A DNA stretch of 64,000 nt from Amoebophrya sp. A120 (taxonomy: Eukaryota; Protista; Dinoflagellata), in the NCBI GenBank assembly GCA_905178155.1, contig CAJINV010000015.1:643309-707308 (forward strand), read 5' to 3'. Made by a program: the position numbers and the translations under genes. This document shows, in pieces, positions 36,101-51,100 of the stretch. Each line of letters opens with the position of its first letter. Position 1 is the stretch's first letter. The notes under the pieces were generated by a model that was not told the DNA's origin, did not search any database, and saw only the letters and a program-made list of their open reading frames with translations.

Positions 36101-39100
36101 TTCTGATTTTTTCAGCCACTGCGCAAAAAGCGGTCTATACTAGTACGATACTTTGCACTGCATACGGTCAACTGTCGATTTTTCTTGTCCGGGTGGACGG
36201 AGCCAAAACCCAGGTTCGAGTCCACGATCGGAACGAGTTGGGTAGAAGCCTCATCGGTAGTAGAGCTCGTAGTGGAGGACAGCACGACTGCGCCGCCACT
36301 AGACTGGTGGCTCCTCGAGGAAACTACCGGAACGAGAGCAGTCGTCGTTGCCGGCTTCTGCATCCAGGTTTTGCCTGCGTCGGTGGTTTTTGTCGTCGAG
36401 CTCGAAACAAGTACTCCACCAGTAGACGCAGAAACCACATCTTCGCTATCGACGTCCATAGGAATGGCTACGTCGTCTATTCTTGTTCCTTCCCCCGCTT
36501 TGTCGTCGGAAAGGGCCGGAGCATTCATTTCGTTTCCACCCTCTTCAGCACCACATTTCAACTTTCTCATGTAACCGCTGTCCGCAAACGCGTCGAGGTG
36601 CGAAATGTTCACAAGCCCGTTTTGTTCTCTTCGCGCGAGAGTCTTGCTTCTCGGGGTCAGTTGCTGTTTTTGCTGGTCCATTTGATTGTTCTGCTTTTCG
36701 TCGCCAGACGATAATTCGTCCCCGGAGCCACTAAAGTTCCCCGATGAACAACTTCCGCTGTCACTAGACGTTTCAAAAACGTCAGCAGGAACATCTTCTT
36801 TAGTGCCGCCAAGAACAGCAGTAGCTGTACCAGCAGAACAACTGCGACCACCAGCAGAACAAGTTTTCATCGATTCCGGTGCGTTGTGCTCCTCACGTAG
36901 CTGCTGGATGATAAAACCATCCACTGAGTTCTCCTTTAACATGTACTTCTCGAACTTTTCTTTTTTCCCCGATGATTTCCTCTTCGTCTTCTGATCGACA
37001 TGATCCGTGAGCATTTTCACGTCCCCCTCCTCCGACGTGATTTTCTTATCGGGAAGATGAGTTTCAATTTCCCTCCGCTTCAGCAGATTCTGATATTTCC
37101 CCTGTTCCACCAAAACCTTTTCCACCACCCACTCCTGATCCTCCAGCGCGTACGGTTTGTCTTTCTCCCCCTGCCCGTGCTGTTCCTATCAAATGCAAAA
37201 GTGTCTGGGTCTGGAATGTTGCCAGGTTTGTCATGCATGTTTTGCATGACTCCTGACGTCTGTGATTGATGCCCTAGCATCACAGATTTTGTGAGGGCTT
37301 TCTGATGCCTATGCCGCATGAGAAATGCCCTCTCGCCGGGGCAAAAACTGGACCGCTTTTGCTGTTCATGCAATACAGATTTTTGTAGCATCCAAATGCA
37401 GCATCACAAGTTCGCATCCTTCCAGACCCAGACATTTTTGCAGTTCATAGTTCCGACCAGGACTCGATCTCGCCCATCACCGGCTGCTGCAGGCGGTCGC
37501 TGTGGACCGCTTCTAGCTTTATGGAAGCGTCAGGTTTGAAATCGTCAAAGTTGAAATAATTTCTCATGCATAAAATGCATGACCCGAGGCACGTGTGTTG
37601 CAGAGCAGGCAAGTGAGGCCGATTGCGATTGTAAGCCTGTTTGGGTTTACAGCTCGAGCTGCTAAAGTAGCATGAGAAAACCGGCGCTCTTTGCCTAAGC
37701 AGCATGACAAACTGGATTTAGGGACCACCGAAATTCGTCATGCGCCACTTAGAAACTGGGTTCCAACTGGCATCCATTTTATGCATGACAATTTTTTTCA
37801 ACTTTGTCGATTTCAAGTCTGACACATCCATAAGCTTGTCGAAGTTTCTGAAGGCTTTCTCCACGATGTGCGGCGGGTAGAGATTTAGGAGTTTGTCCTT
37901 CAGCGCCTGTTTCATTTCCTTCCGCTCTTGTTCCGCGTCCACGATGTGCTTTTCGTACATCGGTTGGTAACCGTTCGGGTAGGCGATTTTCGTCGTATTA
38001 TCCTCGTTGAGCTTCTGGTACATGGAGCAACCCTGCTCCGAGTTCACTAATAACTGCTTTCGAATTTCAAATTCCTTGTACTGTTCGTGACACTGCTCGC
38101 TGTGGCAGAATTTCTGGTCTTCCGGATTGGGTAGAAACGCTTTGGTCCAAAGCATCTCCCGTAGCTTGTTGATGGTGCGCTGCACCGTGCCCAGATTTTT
38201 CTTCGCGTCGTCCGTCATGAGCAAAGTGTTCCAGACATGATTGCCACCGAGAAGATGGAGCATGGAGTTCTGCTGGGAAGCAACATTTTCACCGTCTTCA
38301 TGATCTGCGACAGAATCTTCATCGTCCTGCTCTTTCTTGAAAACGCTCGGGAACATGGTATCCGAGTACTGCTCCTCCACCGGTCCTCCTGGTTCTACTT
38401 TTTCCACTGTTAATTTTGCTTTCAACTTCTCCATCTGCATTTGCACCAGCTTCCCCACCTGCAGGTCCAAGTTGCTTAGTGACTCTTCAGTGGAAAACGC
38501 CGGGCGCCGTGCGACAGATGTTGGATCAAGAACTACATCATCTGCAGCAGTTGCCGACGTTTTGTCTTCGTAAAAATCGGGAATCAACTTCGTCAAATTC
38601 TGGCTCCACTCGTAATCCTGTAGGGAGTACAAAGCCTCTTGTAGCTGCTCGAGCGGCGTGCCTGTATTCGAGAAATTCTCAGACACGCCGTTCACGTTCT
38701 TGAAAGTACCCTGCTCGTAAATGGTTTTAGAATTCTCTTTCTCGCCACCTTCCACGGCACTCATTTTGTAGTTCCCTGCAGCTTTCCTTTCCAACTTTTC
38801 GTTCTCTTTCACCAAGAAGTTCTTCTCCTGCGTCTTCAAATTTTCGTACACTTCCCGGCCAAATTGCTCAATCAGAAATCCGCACTTCTCATCGGAATGC
38901 TCCAGCGCCGCGGCAAAATGCTTCATCCCCGCTTCCGGAACCACCGTACCCAACAGCTCGAACATGCGACGGAGCTTCTTGATGTAAATGTTCATTTGCT
39001 CCTTTTTGTGCTGCTTCAGAGAGTTTAGCTTCTCCACGTATTCATTCGTTACCGTTTCTTCGTACTCCTTTTTCAGCGCCTCGGCCTGTTTTTCCTTCCG

Positions 39101-42100
39101 CTCCAAGTACCAGGGAATCATTAGGTCTGACAGATCCAGCAATCCTCGGATCTGTTTGTCGGTGGCTAAATCCCGTTCCGCCTTCACTGCGTCCACCGCT
39201 TCCTGCTCAAATTTCGTGAACGGCAAGATCGGTTGTTTGTACTTTGGGTCCATCACCCGCGGCCCGTAGACCTTCGTGGTGTGGTCGCCGTGATGCTCCG
39301 TGTCTAGGGTCGCAAGTACGACGTCAACCAAGTCTTGCTTGTTGTCTTTGTAGATCTTCGGCAACAGCCCCGTTTTCAAACCTGGAATTTCGATCAACCG
39401 TAAATCCTTCAAATCCTTGTCGTTCTGACACTCGTCGTAGAGCTTCTTGTCCTCCTGTTCGCGTTCAAATTTGTGGTAGTCGTTCCCCCCATAGGGGTAC
39501 CGCTCCTTTTCCGGCGGGGGCGGGGCCGGTTGGCTCGGATCGGTGTTCTCGTCAAACTCCAGACTGATGACCCACGCGTAGTCGTTAATCGTTTGCAGCT
39601 CCCCGTTATACAGGTCCAGCGCGTACTGTGCCGCCTTAGCGTGATTTGAAACACGGAGTTGCAGAGCCGGGTTATCGATCCGCGTGTTATCCATCGCCAC
39701 AATGTAGGCCAGCGGGTCGTGTAGTCCGATCTTGTTCGTCACCTTCCGGCCGTAGTCCGCGAAGGCCTGGTATACAATGTAAATTTCCCGTACTTACATG
39801 TACAAAATGCATGACATATTCTGCTAACTTGCAGTGTACCACTTGTCATGCTAGACTAGGATGGAAGGAAAGTTTTGTCATGCAGAGACTGCATTTGTAC
39901 GTGTACGGGAAATTTACTGTGGATACCTGGTCCCGCATGCTGTAGCCGATCAGCCGGCCCTCGTTGTGGTTTTTGATGAAACCCTATCAAAATGAAAAAT
40001 CCCCCCTCCCCATATCAAAACGAAGCTTCTGATGCTGGATTTGCGTACACAAATCAGGTTGGTATTGCAGGAAGACACTGCGGCCAGATCCCCAGGCTAG
40101 GTCGGGGCGCATGGGTCTAGTTGTTCAGCATGGCAAACGGCTCCCCTTTAGGCCCAACAGCATGGCAAATCGCTTCCACAATGGGGCGAAAGCCCCTGCC
40201 ATTGTCTTCTTGCAAGACAAATATGATTTGCGACCTCAAATCAGCAACGCGAATTTTCGAAGTCATACCTTTTCAATATGGGGAGGGGGGATGTTTCCTT
40301 TTGATAAACCCTCGTAGCAGGGAACGGTCGACAACTCGCCCGCGCCGGGAGCCTCGTCCATAGCCTGGATAAATTTCAGTTTGACGAGGAAGATTTTAGA
40401 AGTTTATTTGTATTGCACAGCGTGCAGCGTCGCTGGTGTTTCTCATGCGAGAGCTCATGAGATGAAACACCAGTGACAGAAAACGAGGGGAGCGCTGTGC
40501 AATTTTCTGTCATGCAGAATTCACATCAGACACGTGTCTGTTCTGTCTTCAACATGCGGAGCGTCCTACAACTTTATACCTGTTCCTGCCACGGCAACAT
40601 CCAGTCCTGGTCGTGGTTTTCCGGGTCGTTCCAGTACTCATCCGTTTTCCTCTGTTTCTCTTCGTCCGCCACTAAATTTATTTTCCTCGCCCACTCCACC
40701 CCTTCCAGCGCCTGAAAACTTTTTCCCCCTTCCGGGAGCAGCGCCAAAGCCTGCTGTCCCGCGTGGTTTTGCGCGTTGAAGATGTGTTTGTTATACGGGT
40801 CTGCGGTGTTTTCCACATTGAACAGATTTCCCGCCCGGTTGTTGGCGTCGGTGTGGACAATCTGCTGCCGCTTCTTGTGCGATAGTAATTTGTAATTCAA
40901 ATTGGAACAACCTCCATTCGCGGGGGTCTGGTTGATTTTCAGCTTTTTCAACTGCACGGTCGGAATTTCGTTGTGCGAGTCCATGCACTGCAACCGTTCC
41001 TGGTCCTGGTTCAGGAAATTGCGGGAAACGGTGCTCAGCGCCTTCCCGGAAGTGACCATACTGTTGTCGGACCGCAACCCGGTTCCGCCGGAGCCGGTCG
41101 GCAGCAAATCATACATCAAGTGCGGGTGCTCCCGCGGATCCACGCAGCGCTCGTCGAATGTGAAGCAATCTTCATCGTCAAAGTCCGCAATTTCCGGGTC
41201 GTCCTCCAGTACCTGCGTCGTGAATACCGTCGGCGGCGGCAGAATGGAGGTGCAGAACTGCTTCTCGTCCCCAACGTCCATCAGCGCCTCCTTCTTCGAC
41301 CATTCGGGGACAAACGGCGCCCGCTCCGGGTGCTTCTTGATCTGACTGGCCCACCACGCGTCTTCCGTCGCTTTCATCTTTTTCAGCGCTTCTTCACTGT
41401 CCTTCAGCTTCGGCAATAAGTACTTTCTCTCGTAGATTTGCAACTGCTCGTCCGACAGCTTGCACTGGGAATTCAGAAAAAACCTCGCCGTGCGAAAATC
41501 CCCTCTGGGTAACGCCGTGTCGTAGACTTCTTCCTGTTTCAAAGCCGGGAACGCCTGGAAGGACAAATCGCTGTCGTCGTAGTAGTATCCTGTGCAAAAG
41601 TATCGCACTCGTATTGCAGTCATGCATTACAAATTTTTTTGTCAATGTAAATCCGCATTACAAATTTTATGTCTCATGCTGAGGGAATTTGTCATGCATT
41701 TATACGAGTACGATACTTTTGCAGTTCATAAGAAGGTTTGGTGGTCAGTTTCATCCAAACAGTACTCCATATTCGGGTAAAACTCCCGCGCGGCGACCAG
41801 TTGGCGCTGCGCAGCGGTCAGGGTGTATCAACTGCAAAAGTGTCTGGGTGGTCTGGAATATTGCCAGGTTTGTCATGCATATTTTGCATGACCCATAATG
41901 ACTGCAGTGCATGACGTAGCATCACAGATTTTTGGAAGGCTTCCTGATGCCACCTATTCCGCATGGCAAATGCCGTCTCCGCGTAGCACAATCCGGGCTC
42001 CTCTTGCTGGTGATGCAATGCAGATTGTTTTCGAATCCAAGGACAGCATGACAAATTTGGATCCTTCCAGACCCACACATATTTGCAATGAATAGGGTGG

Positions 42101-45100
42101 AAGTGTTCGTCATGTTTGACCGGGTCGACATGCGGCTGTGGGTGGACATCATGCTCTGGTCGAGCACAGAAGATTCATCTTGTTGTAGTTCCTGCTTCAC
42201 TAGAGGTGTGCTGTGAAAAAGGTGGCGCTGCTCGCTGTCGTGGTCCCTACTAAACTCCTGTTCCTGTTTTGTTTGCTGGTGCACTCCACCGACCTGCTTC
42301 ATTCCCCCAACCGCTTGAATCGCGCTGACAACTTGTAGTTTCTTCATCGCGGAAAGATTTTTGTTCTTTCCGTTCCCACCCATCATCATCGGTGGCGCCT
42401 TGTCGTCGTCGTCCTCTTCGTCCGCGAAGGTGACCGTGGGCTTTTGCTTTGACGATTTTTTCTTGTTCATCTTTGTAGATGTTTTGGACAAAGCATCTCC
42501 AACGCTAGTATCATTTTCCAACGGTAAGAGCGTTTCCTGTTGTTCCTTCTTCACTTTCTTCTTGGAGCCTTGCTGTAAAAGTGGCTTCTTGTGGTCGGCA
42601 CTAGAATGACCATTTGCAACATTTTCCAGCTGCAGCAAACTACCACCTTCTCCGTTATTAAATCCATTTTCCAGCGGGTGTGCGTCGTCGTCCTCGTTCG
42701 TCCACTCATTCGCCCCCATATGATCAAATTCGGGGTCGTTAAACGGATCATCCGCCACATCCACATCATACAGCCAGCGTTTCGGAATTTTGTAAATCGG
42801 ACGCCAGAATGTGCCGATCCGCACATACATCTTCTCGGGCATGTGATCGAGCCTCCACGTTTCCTTGTCCTGCAGCGAACTGGGCAGCTCCATGAAGGTC
42901 AACTTCTGCTTCCGCTCTGCCTGTTGCAAGATCGGGTCCTTGTTGTTGCCGGGGAGCAGGGTGTTCTTGCTGCAAAACTGTTTCTCCATTTTCTTGATCG
43001 GGTTAAATTTGTCAAAGTACTTCGGCCCGGTTTTCCGGATGATCTTCAAAAAAAATTCCCCGAGGTTCTTCTGCCACTCAGGAAATTCGGGTTCCTTCTC
43101 GGATGTTGTTGTACAACTATCTCCGCAATTATTTTTTCGTGCAGCAGAAGAAGATGGCTCTTCTTTGTCATTTTTTCGCACTTCAGAACCACCTCCCGTA
43201 CTAGTTCGAAAAGTGTACTTCGCCCGGACCTTCTCGTGCAGCTCAAATAACAGGTCCACGGGAAGTGCCATTTTGGCCAGAGTGCGGGACAACAACGCTT
43301 CGCAATGCTCGTAGCTTGGGTCGACAACAACTGTTGCAGCAGCAGCTTCGGAGTTCGTGTCAAAAATGTTACTAGTCTCACCACCCGCTTGTTGATCGTG
43401 CTGTTCTTGCTTGATTTTCGACTGGCTTCGGTTTATATCGACGTTGTCCTCATCTTCGCTCTCCATTCCAAGTTATCCAATGCAAAAATGTCTGGGTCTG
43501 GAACGTTGCAAGACTTGTCATGCAGATTTTCCATGACCCATGAGGTCTGGAATGCGAGACCCAGCATGACAGACTCTTTGAGGTCTCTATCATGCCTTTC
43601 TTGCATGAGAAGCTCCCTTTTACCTTGGTCAAAAGCGGACAGCTTTTGGTACTCACGCAACACAGATTTTTGCATCATTCAGATTTAGCATGACAGGTTT
43701 AAATCTTCCAGACCGCCCAGACATATGTGCATTTGATACAAGTTCCTTCTTCACCCTGATCTTCTTCGGGGGCTGGTCCTGCTCCGAAGCAGCTCCTGTA
43801 CCACCACCATCCGAGGACATCATAGAGGCGTCAAGGTCGAGGTCCAGATCGAGCTCCTTTTTCACTTTGATGGAACTAGATTTACTTTTCGAAGTCTGTG
43901 CAGCAACTGCAACTGCCTTGCTTGTACTTTTATTTCCGCCTTTAATCGCAGACTTTTTCTCATCAACAGCCGCTTTCTTCTTACTGGAACCACCAGCACC
44001 AGCGCCCGTACTAGTTCCACTCTTGTTTTTCAAAATCTCGTCCTGCTGTGGGGCGCGAATTTTCCAGGGTGCCTTTTCGCGGGTCTCGCTGTTTTTCCAA
44101 AGGGATGATTTGAACAAGTCAAGGTATTCCATCACGGACTCCACCGGATCCGCCAGAACATCGTCCTTTTCCAAATGTCGCATATGCAAAGAAAAAAGTG
44201 TTACAGGAGTTACGCATTGTGTTGCAAGACCAGCAAGACAGACGATTTCTGTCATGCGCAAAATGCTTGCGAGTCTCGTTTCCTGTGTGTTTTGCTTTTG
44301 CCTTATGATCTCTGCATTACAAGTTTTCTCCGTTATGCGATGCAAATTTATTGTGATGCTGAATTCACTATAAATGTGTAACTGTAACACTTTTTTCCTT
44401 GGATATCGCACCATATTCTCCCAATACTCCATCTCCGAATACGGCGTTACCCCGGCCGCACCCGCACCCGTCAGCCCGTTTTTCGCTACGAGTTTTTGCG
44501 TCATGTCGGCGCGCCACTTGTCAATCTCGACCAGCCCGTCCGGGTCGTTTTCCTCGATCTCCAGGTCCCGTGCGTTCGCGGCATCGACGGACTTCACGAA
44601 CTCGTCTCCCTGCTGCAGAATCACCTTCTTCCGATACACCCCCATCCGGCTGTAAAATTCGATCAGAACTTGTTTCGTAAACTCGTCGACCGACGGGAAT
44701 TTTCCCTCGTTCAGACACAGATCGTAGCGGTAAAATTCTTGCTGAATGTTGTTTAACCCGTACGGCGTGGCGCCGCAGGTTTGCAGGCGAACTAAGGTGT
44801 CGGCTTCGTAGCGGTCGTAGTGGATGGGCACGTCGTACTTCGAATTCGTCAGTTCCGGGATGGGTTGGAAGTTCGGCGTTTGTTCCAACTCCGCCAACGT
44901 TCGGTTTTCGTAGGGTTCCGGGCAGTGGGGGTGGGAATTTGGCAGGTTTTTCATTGCGTAGGTCTCGCTCGGGTCCTCGTCCTCAAATTGATGTGTCTCT
45001 TTGTTCATCAAAATCTCCACCGGCTGCTCCACCAGCGCGACGCTCGTTTCGTGCTGCTTCCGCAGGGAGTTCGCTTGCTGGGACCGACCGAATTCGTCCC

Positions 45101-48100
45101 TCGTGTCCATCGCGTTGACCTCGGTGACTTGCTGCTCCCAGGCATCTATCAAATGCAAAAGTATCGTACTCGTATAAATGCATTACAAATTTCCCCAGCA
45201 TGGGAAATAAAATTTGTCATGCGGATTTACCTTAAGAGAAAAACTTGTAACGCATGCCTGCAATTACTACGAGTACGATACTTTTGTACAGGATAGCATC
45301 CGAAGAAATTGCCATGGGCTTTTGCGCGCGTAGTGCGTCGCTCTGCTCCAGAAACTTGTAGCCTATCAAATGCAAAAGTGTCTGGGTCTGGAATGTTGCC
45401 GGGTTTGTCATGCATATTTTTCATGACCCAGGATGTCTGTAATGCATGGCCTAGCATCACAGATTTTTAGAGGGTTTCCTGATGCCTGTTCCGCATGACA
45501 AATGCCCTCCCCGCGTAGCACAAACTAGACTCCTCTTGCTGATCATGCAATACAGATTTTTTTGGAATCCAAAGACAGCATCACAAGTTACCACTTTCCA
45601 GACCCAGACATTTTTGCACTTGATATAGCCCATTTCCTTCAAATACGCCGTCTCATCGGCTTTCACCCAGGCTTTGTCGCAGTGCGCGGGAGAAGTCCGC
45701 GCCAGAATGTCCTCCGTGGTTAACAACGCCGAGCCGTCAGGATGTTGAAGAAGAGCAGGGTGACGTCGAGAAGTCGACAAGTCCTCACGAGCTGCTGCAG
45801 TCATGCCGGAGGTGTTGAGGTAGTCGTTGGTCAGAAAAGAACTGTTGTTGAGACCGTGAGGATCTTCTAAGCCCCCGCAGCGCTGGTCCTCGGCAAAGGA
45901 GTTACCGCTCGTGTTCGGGCCGGTAACCAACACAAACTTCTTGTCTTCTGCTGCTGATCTTCCGCTAACCAGGTTTTTATTGCTTTCCTTGTTCTTCGCA
46001 ACTGTTCGAAAACTGTCAAAGTTCAGCTGGACGTCGTCGTACTTAGAAGTAGCTCGTCCTTTGTTTTCATCTAGTGAAAAAGAACCAGCTTGCTCTTGCA
46101 GTCCAGACTGGTCGTGGTCGGTGACACCGTTTCCTTCAAGCATGTCAACATCTTCATCGTTTTTGCTTTGACTTTTCTTCCTAGTTGATGTACTACCCAC
46201 CACATCTTCGTTCCTCTTTGTCTTAGCCCCGGCGCTGTTCTTCTGGTTCGCGTTCGACTGCGTACTCCTTCTGCTCATCATGCTTTCGTTCAGCACGGAT
46301 TGCTCTTTATCTTCCAGCGCCAGCAGCGACTGCTGCTGGAACGAAAACTCATTTTCATCATTCCTCATATGGAAGCGTCAGGTTTGAAACCGACAAAGCC
46401 GAAATCATTTGTCATGCATAAAATGGATACCAGTTGGAAGCCCAATTTCCAAGGGACGCATGACAAATTTTCGGAGCACCGGAATCCGATTTGTCATGCT
46501 GTTTTGGCACAGAAGACTGCTTTTGTCATGCTCCTACTTTGGCAGCTCTATTTCAAACCCTAAACAGGCTGACAGTCGGCCTCACTTGCCATCCCGGCAA
46601 GACAGGCACTTCATGCCTTGCATTTTATGCATGGCAAATCATTCCAACTTTGTCGATTTCAAACCTGACGCTTCCATACCCTGAAAGAACTTGATACTGC
46701 CGCATCACATCCTCGCGATCCTGTAGCGGCAATAGCTGGTGCGGTATGAAGTGCAAACATGTCTGGGTCTGGAAGAGTGCAGACTTGTCATGCATATTTT
46801 GTATGATGATTGATGTCTCTAATGCATGATCTAGCAACACAGATTTTTAGAGGGCTTCCCGATGCCTATTCCGCATGAGAGATGCTCTCTCCGCGTAACA
46901 CAAACCGGAGTCCTGTTGCTGATCATGCAATGCAGATTTTTTCGGAATCCAAAGACAGCATTACAGGTTGCAATCTTCCAGACCCAGACACTTTTGCAAT
47001 CCATATGCGGATCGTCAGAGCGATCCAGAATCTGCTTGTACCCCGTCATGCCGCTAGCCGTGCCCCGTAACCGCCAGTCAATCAGCTTGCCTTGCTCGAC
47101 GGTCAAACCGGACTTCTGGTTGAAAAGCCGTGGCAGAAACCGGTTTTCCAGCTGCATGAGCCCGCCGCGGAGGGGGAGTTTCTTGTTGTTCTGCGGGTGC
47201 TGCTGCAGTACTCCTGCGTCGTTTTTGATTCTCGAGTCGGTGAAAATGTTGGTCATCAGCATGAAGTCGTAGTTGCTCTGCAACGCGAAGAACTTACCGT
47301 TTCCGATTATGGAAGCGTCAGGTCTGAAATCGTCAAAGTTGAAATAATTTGTAATGCATAAAATGCATGACCCGAGGTACGTGTGTTGCAGAGCAGGCAA
47401 GTGAGGCCGATTGTATGAAGCCTGTTTGGGGTCGTTAAAGCTCGAGCTGCTAAAGTAGCATGAGAACATCGCTCTTCTTTGCCTAAGCAGCATGACAAAC
47501 TGGATTCAGGGACCACCGAAATTTGTCATGCGGGGTTCCAACTGGGTTCCAACTAACTGGGTTCCAACAGGGACCACTTGAAAACTGGGTTCCAACTGGC
47601 ATCCATTTTATGCATGACAAATTATTTCAACTTTGTCGATTTCAACTCTGACACATCCATACCGATCGCGTTCAAATTGATCGAGTAATTGTACAACAAC
47701 GCGTGGCATCCTGTGCAAAAGTATCGTGCTCGTAGTAATCCCATTCATGCATTACAAATTTCTTTCTCAAGTTAAATCCGCATTACAAATTTTCTTTCTC
47801 ATGCTGAGGAAATTTGTAATGCATTTATACGAGTACGATTTTTTTGCAGTTCATACGTGGATTTTTTCCCAGTCGATCCGCGGGCAGTACCCCATCAAAT
47901 ACTCGCTCCGCGCGGTTACCGCGTAATTCAGCATGGCCTGTTTCCCGAGGTCCTGCTTGTTGTACGGGAAGGTCCGCGTGTCCTGGTCGCAGATCGCCGT
48001 GGACTCGAGCTCGTTGATCGCAAATGCGTTCAACATGTGCAGTGCAAAAGTATTGTAATCGTAGTATATTGCAGTCATGCATTTTTACAAATCTATTTTT

Positions 48101-51100
48101 ATACCTGGATCTGCATGACAAACAAGGCCCACCCGAGCGTGGGGACAGGGTCCCCACGCTGGGGCCTTGTGCTCGTTCCTAGTGGCGCTAGTGGGGGAAG
48201 GGTGTTCGGCATCGGGGCGGACAGCGTCCGCCCCTCGCCTCACACCAGGCGCGCGCGTAGTGGCTTAGTGCGCAAAACGCTAGTGGGGGAAGGGTGTTCG
48301 GCATCGGAGCGGACAGCGTCCGCTCCTCGCCTCACACCAGGCGCGCGCGTAGTGGCTCAGTGCGCGAAGCGCTAGTGGAAAAAGGGCGAATTAGGCGCCC
48401 TGCATTTTGCAAGAAACAACAAAAATAGAAGCAAAATAAATATCTCTGTGTGGCTGCTGCAAAAAAGTTCTCTAATATTGAAGCGCAACGCCTTTCCGAT
48501 TCCACAGAGCAAAATAAGCAGCTGTCTCCTGGCCGTGCATTGCAGAGATAGCCGCTTTTTTATTTTTGCATGGCAACGCAAAGACTTCTTTGTTTATGGA
48601 GGCAGTTTGTGTTACAGCTTTAATCTTTTCCATTTTTTGCGTCGCGTTTTTTTTTTTTGGCGCTTTTAGTCTATTCTTTTTTTTCACGTCAAGGTCAAGA
48701 GCGGCACTTGGCGTGAGAAATAAATATTTGCGCCCAGGCGCTGGTCTCGCCTGTGCTTTATCCTCTCGCTTCGCCTGTCGCGGCCACCTGTCGCGGCCAC
48801 CTGTCAACGTCACCTGTCAAGATCGCCTGTCAATGTCACCTGTCAAGGTCACCTGTCAGGGTCGCCTGTCAACGTCACCTGTCGAGGTCACCTGTCAAGG
48901 TCACCTGTCACGGTCGCCTGTCCTGGTCACCTGTCAAGGTCACCTGTCGCCGGGGGGTAGGCGGGACCAGAACCCGGAAGTCAAGCAATGTAAATATTAA
49001 TTCTAGAAGTTCCCTTCTTGATAAAATTTGTATTGCAATTTTACTAGTAGTACGATAATTTTGCAATGCATACAACGCAAGGGGCTTCAGGTCTTGTTGG
49101 AGAATCGCGCGGTAAGGTGCGTTTTTCTCCTCGACAAAGCGTCTCCGCTTCTGGGCTTTGATTTCCTCGAACAGGGCTGGGGAGAGTGAATGTGAATTGA
49201 ATAAAATGAAATGATCTAGTAGGAGTAGGTGGTGGTCGTGCTGCAGCGGACTTCTTGTCTGTAAAAGTCCATTTCAAGATAATATTATCCGTCAAAGCTT
49301 TCATTCTTGCCAAACAGTGGCAATGCTTGACGTTGTTTCACTTTTTCATTTTCAGCAATGAGAAGGATTGGACGCACAAAAATTTCTGCACCAGCCGAGG
49401 AGTACTAGACACATAAAAATCACAACTCGTCACCAGTAGTAAAGTAAGTACTTACCTCGCATTTCCACCCATTCCTCCCTTTTTCTCCGACCCATGATTT
49501 TCTTGCCTGTTTCGTCGTAAAGGATCCGCTCCTTCCGCTTCAATCTGGCTTCTTCGAATTCTGCGCGTTTTTTCATTTTCCGCGCGTTTTTCTCCTCCTC
49601 CGTGTACGCAACAAGACCCTCCTCTTTTAACTCGGCCAATTTCCGGTACGTCAACGCGTTTTCCTTGTGGTACTTGCGCTTCACGTCTCGTTCTTCTTTG
49701 ATCCGGCGTTTTTCCTTCTCCTGGAGCTTTTTCAGTTTTTTTTCGCGCTCCATCCTGCGCTCCCGCTTGAGACGACTTTCGCAGTTGGCTGCCTTTTCGC
49801 GTTTCTCTTTCTGCATCCAGTCGAGCAGCCGGCGATTCTTGTTTCGGTGGGGTTTTCCTTCTCCCCCACTGCCACCCGAATCGCTTTCGGAGCTGGGGTT
49901 GCGGTTTTTCCGATCCGATTCGTTGTCTGAGCTTTGTCTTATCCTGAGTAAAAACGTCCCGCCCCAGAACAGAGTCAACGTGCGAAATCTGCTAGACAAA
50001 TCACACTAGCTTTGGTTGTTTGGCATGACAAATCTGGACGCGTAGCATAGTGCTGCTTGAGCTAGTTCAGCAGCATTACAGATCTAGTATCTCATGCTGA
50101 TCTGAGCATGACAAATTTCAAAACCACATAAGAAAATGCTTCTCATGGGGCTCCGCATGAAAAACATTTTAAGCATGCAGAGTTGCATGACAACTATGGT
50201 GAGGGGACGTATTTACACAGGATATGTCTCTTCCTCTCGCCCTCGTCGTCAGAGTCGGGCCACAGGGGCAAATCGCCGCCGTTCGAATTCAACCACGCCT
50301 CTTTTTTTGCTTTTTTCTGATCTCGCTCTTCCTTCGGAAAGATTTTTCGTTGAAAATACTCCCGGTGCTCGTTGCGCTCCTCCTCCTTGACTTCGGATTT
50401 GAGTCTCTTCACCACCTTTCCGTCCTCGTCAAACCGTAGCACCAGCTCTCGGCCCTCGTGGTCCCGGATCCAATGCAAACATGTCTGGGTCCTCTGGAAA
50501 CTTGTCATGCAAGTCTGTGAGTAATGAGCAGCCCACTGCAATGGGTGACCAAGCATGACAAGTTTGTGAACTCCTGCGTGTTGCGCTTTCCGCATGGCAG
50601 GCTTCATTTTTGCATGACAGTCAGGAGTGGATCTTTCTGCGCCTAAGCAACACAGAGTGAACAGTCATGCCAGAAAACCATGACAAATCTTGCATTCTTG
50701 TTATTCTTCCTGACCCAGACATTATATTTGCATTTGATATCCCGGATCCCCGCCTGAATTTCCCCTTCGTAGAGCAGTCGCTGGAACTGCTTTTCAAAGT
50801 CTTGTTCCGTAGCTGGGAGGGGCAAGACCCAGTCCGAACCGAGATTGTACTTGTCTTGATCCTGCACCATGTCGGAGAGGTGCGCGATCATATCCAAGAA
50901 AAAAACTGTGTAGGTGTAAATCTGTAATGCAGAACATGCAACAGAGTTACACCTGTCATGCCAGACAAGTGTGTTTTCCCTTACAAGCCACGCACGACAG
51001 GCTTTCTCTGTCATGTAGGGCAAATTTGTGATGCTGTTTCTCAAAGAAAGTTACACGACTTACACCGTTTTTTTCTTGCATAGATCAGCACCGCGTTATA

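Larger units (their letters stand above)
48036..49072. mobile_element. Introner family C with a nested structured insertion of about 0.87 kb
   Basis: Family C TIRs, TSD CAACA/CAACG; removal gives DLKPLAL|NAFAINE. Confidence 0.82.

Noticed and set aside
35922-36119. Poly-Lys ORF over a T-rich tract
   Set aside because: It lies inside a family C introner and is a low-complexity expansion or possibly a homopolymer sequencing artefact.
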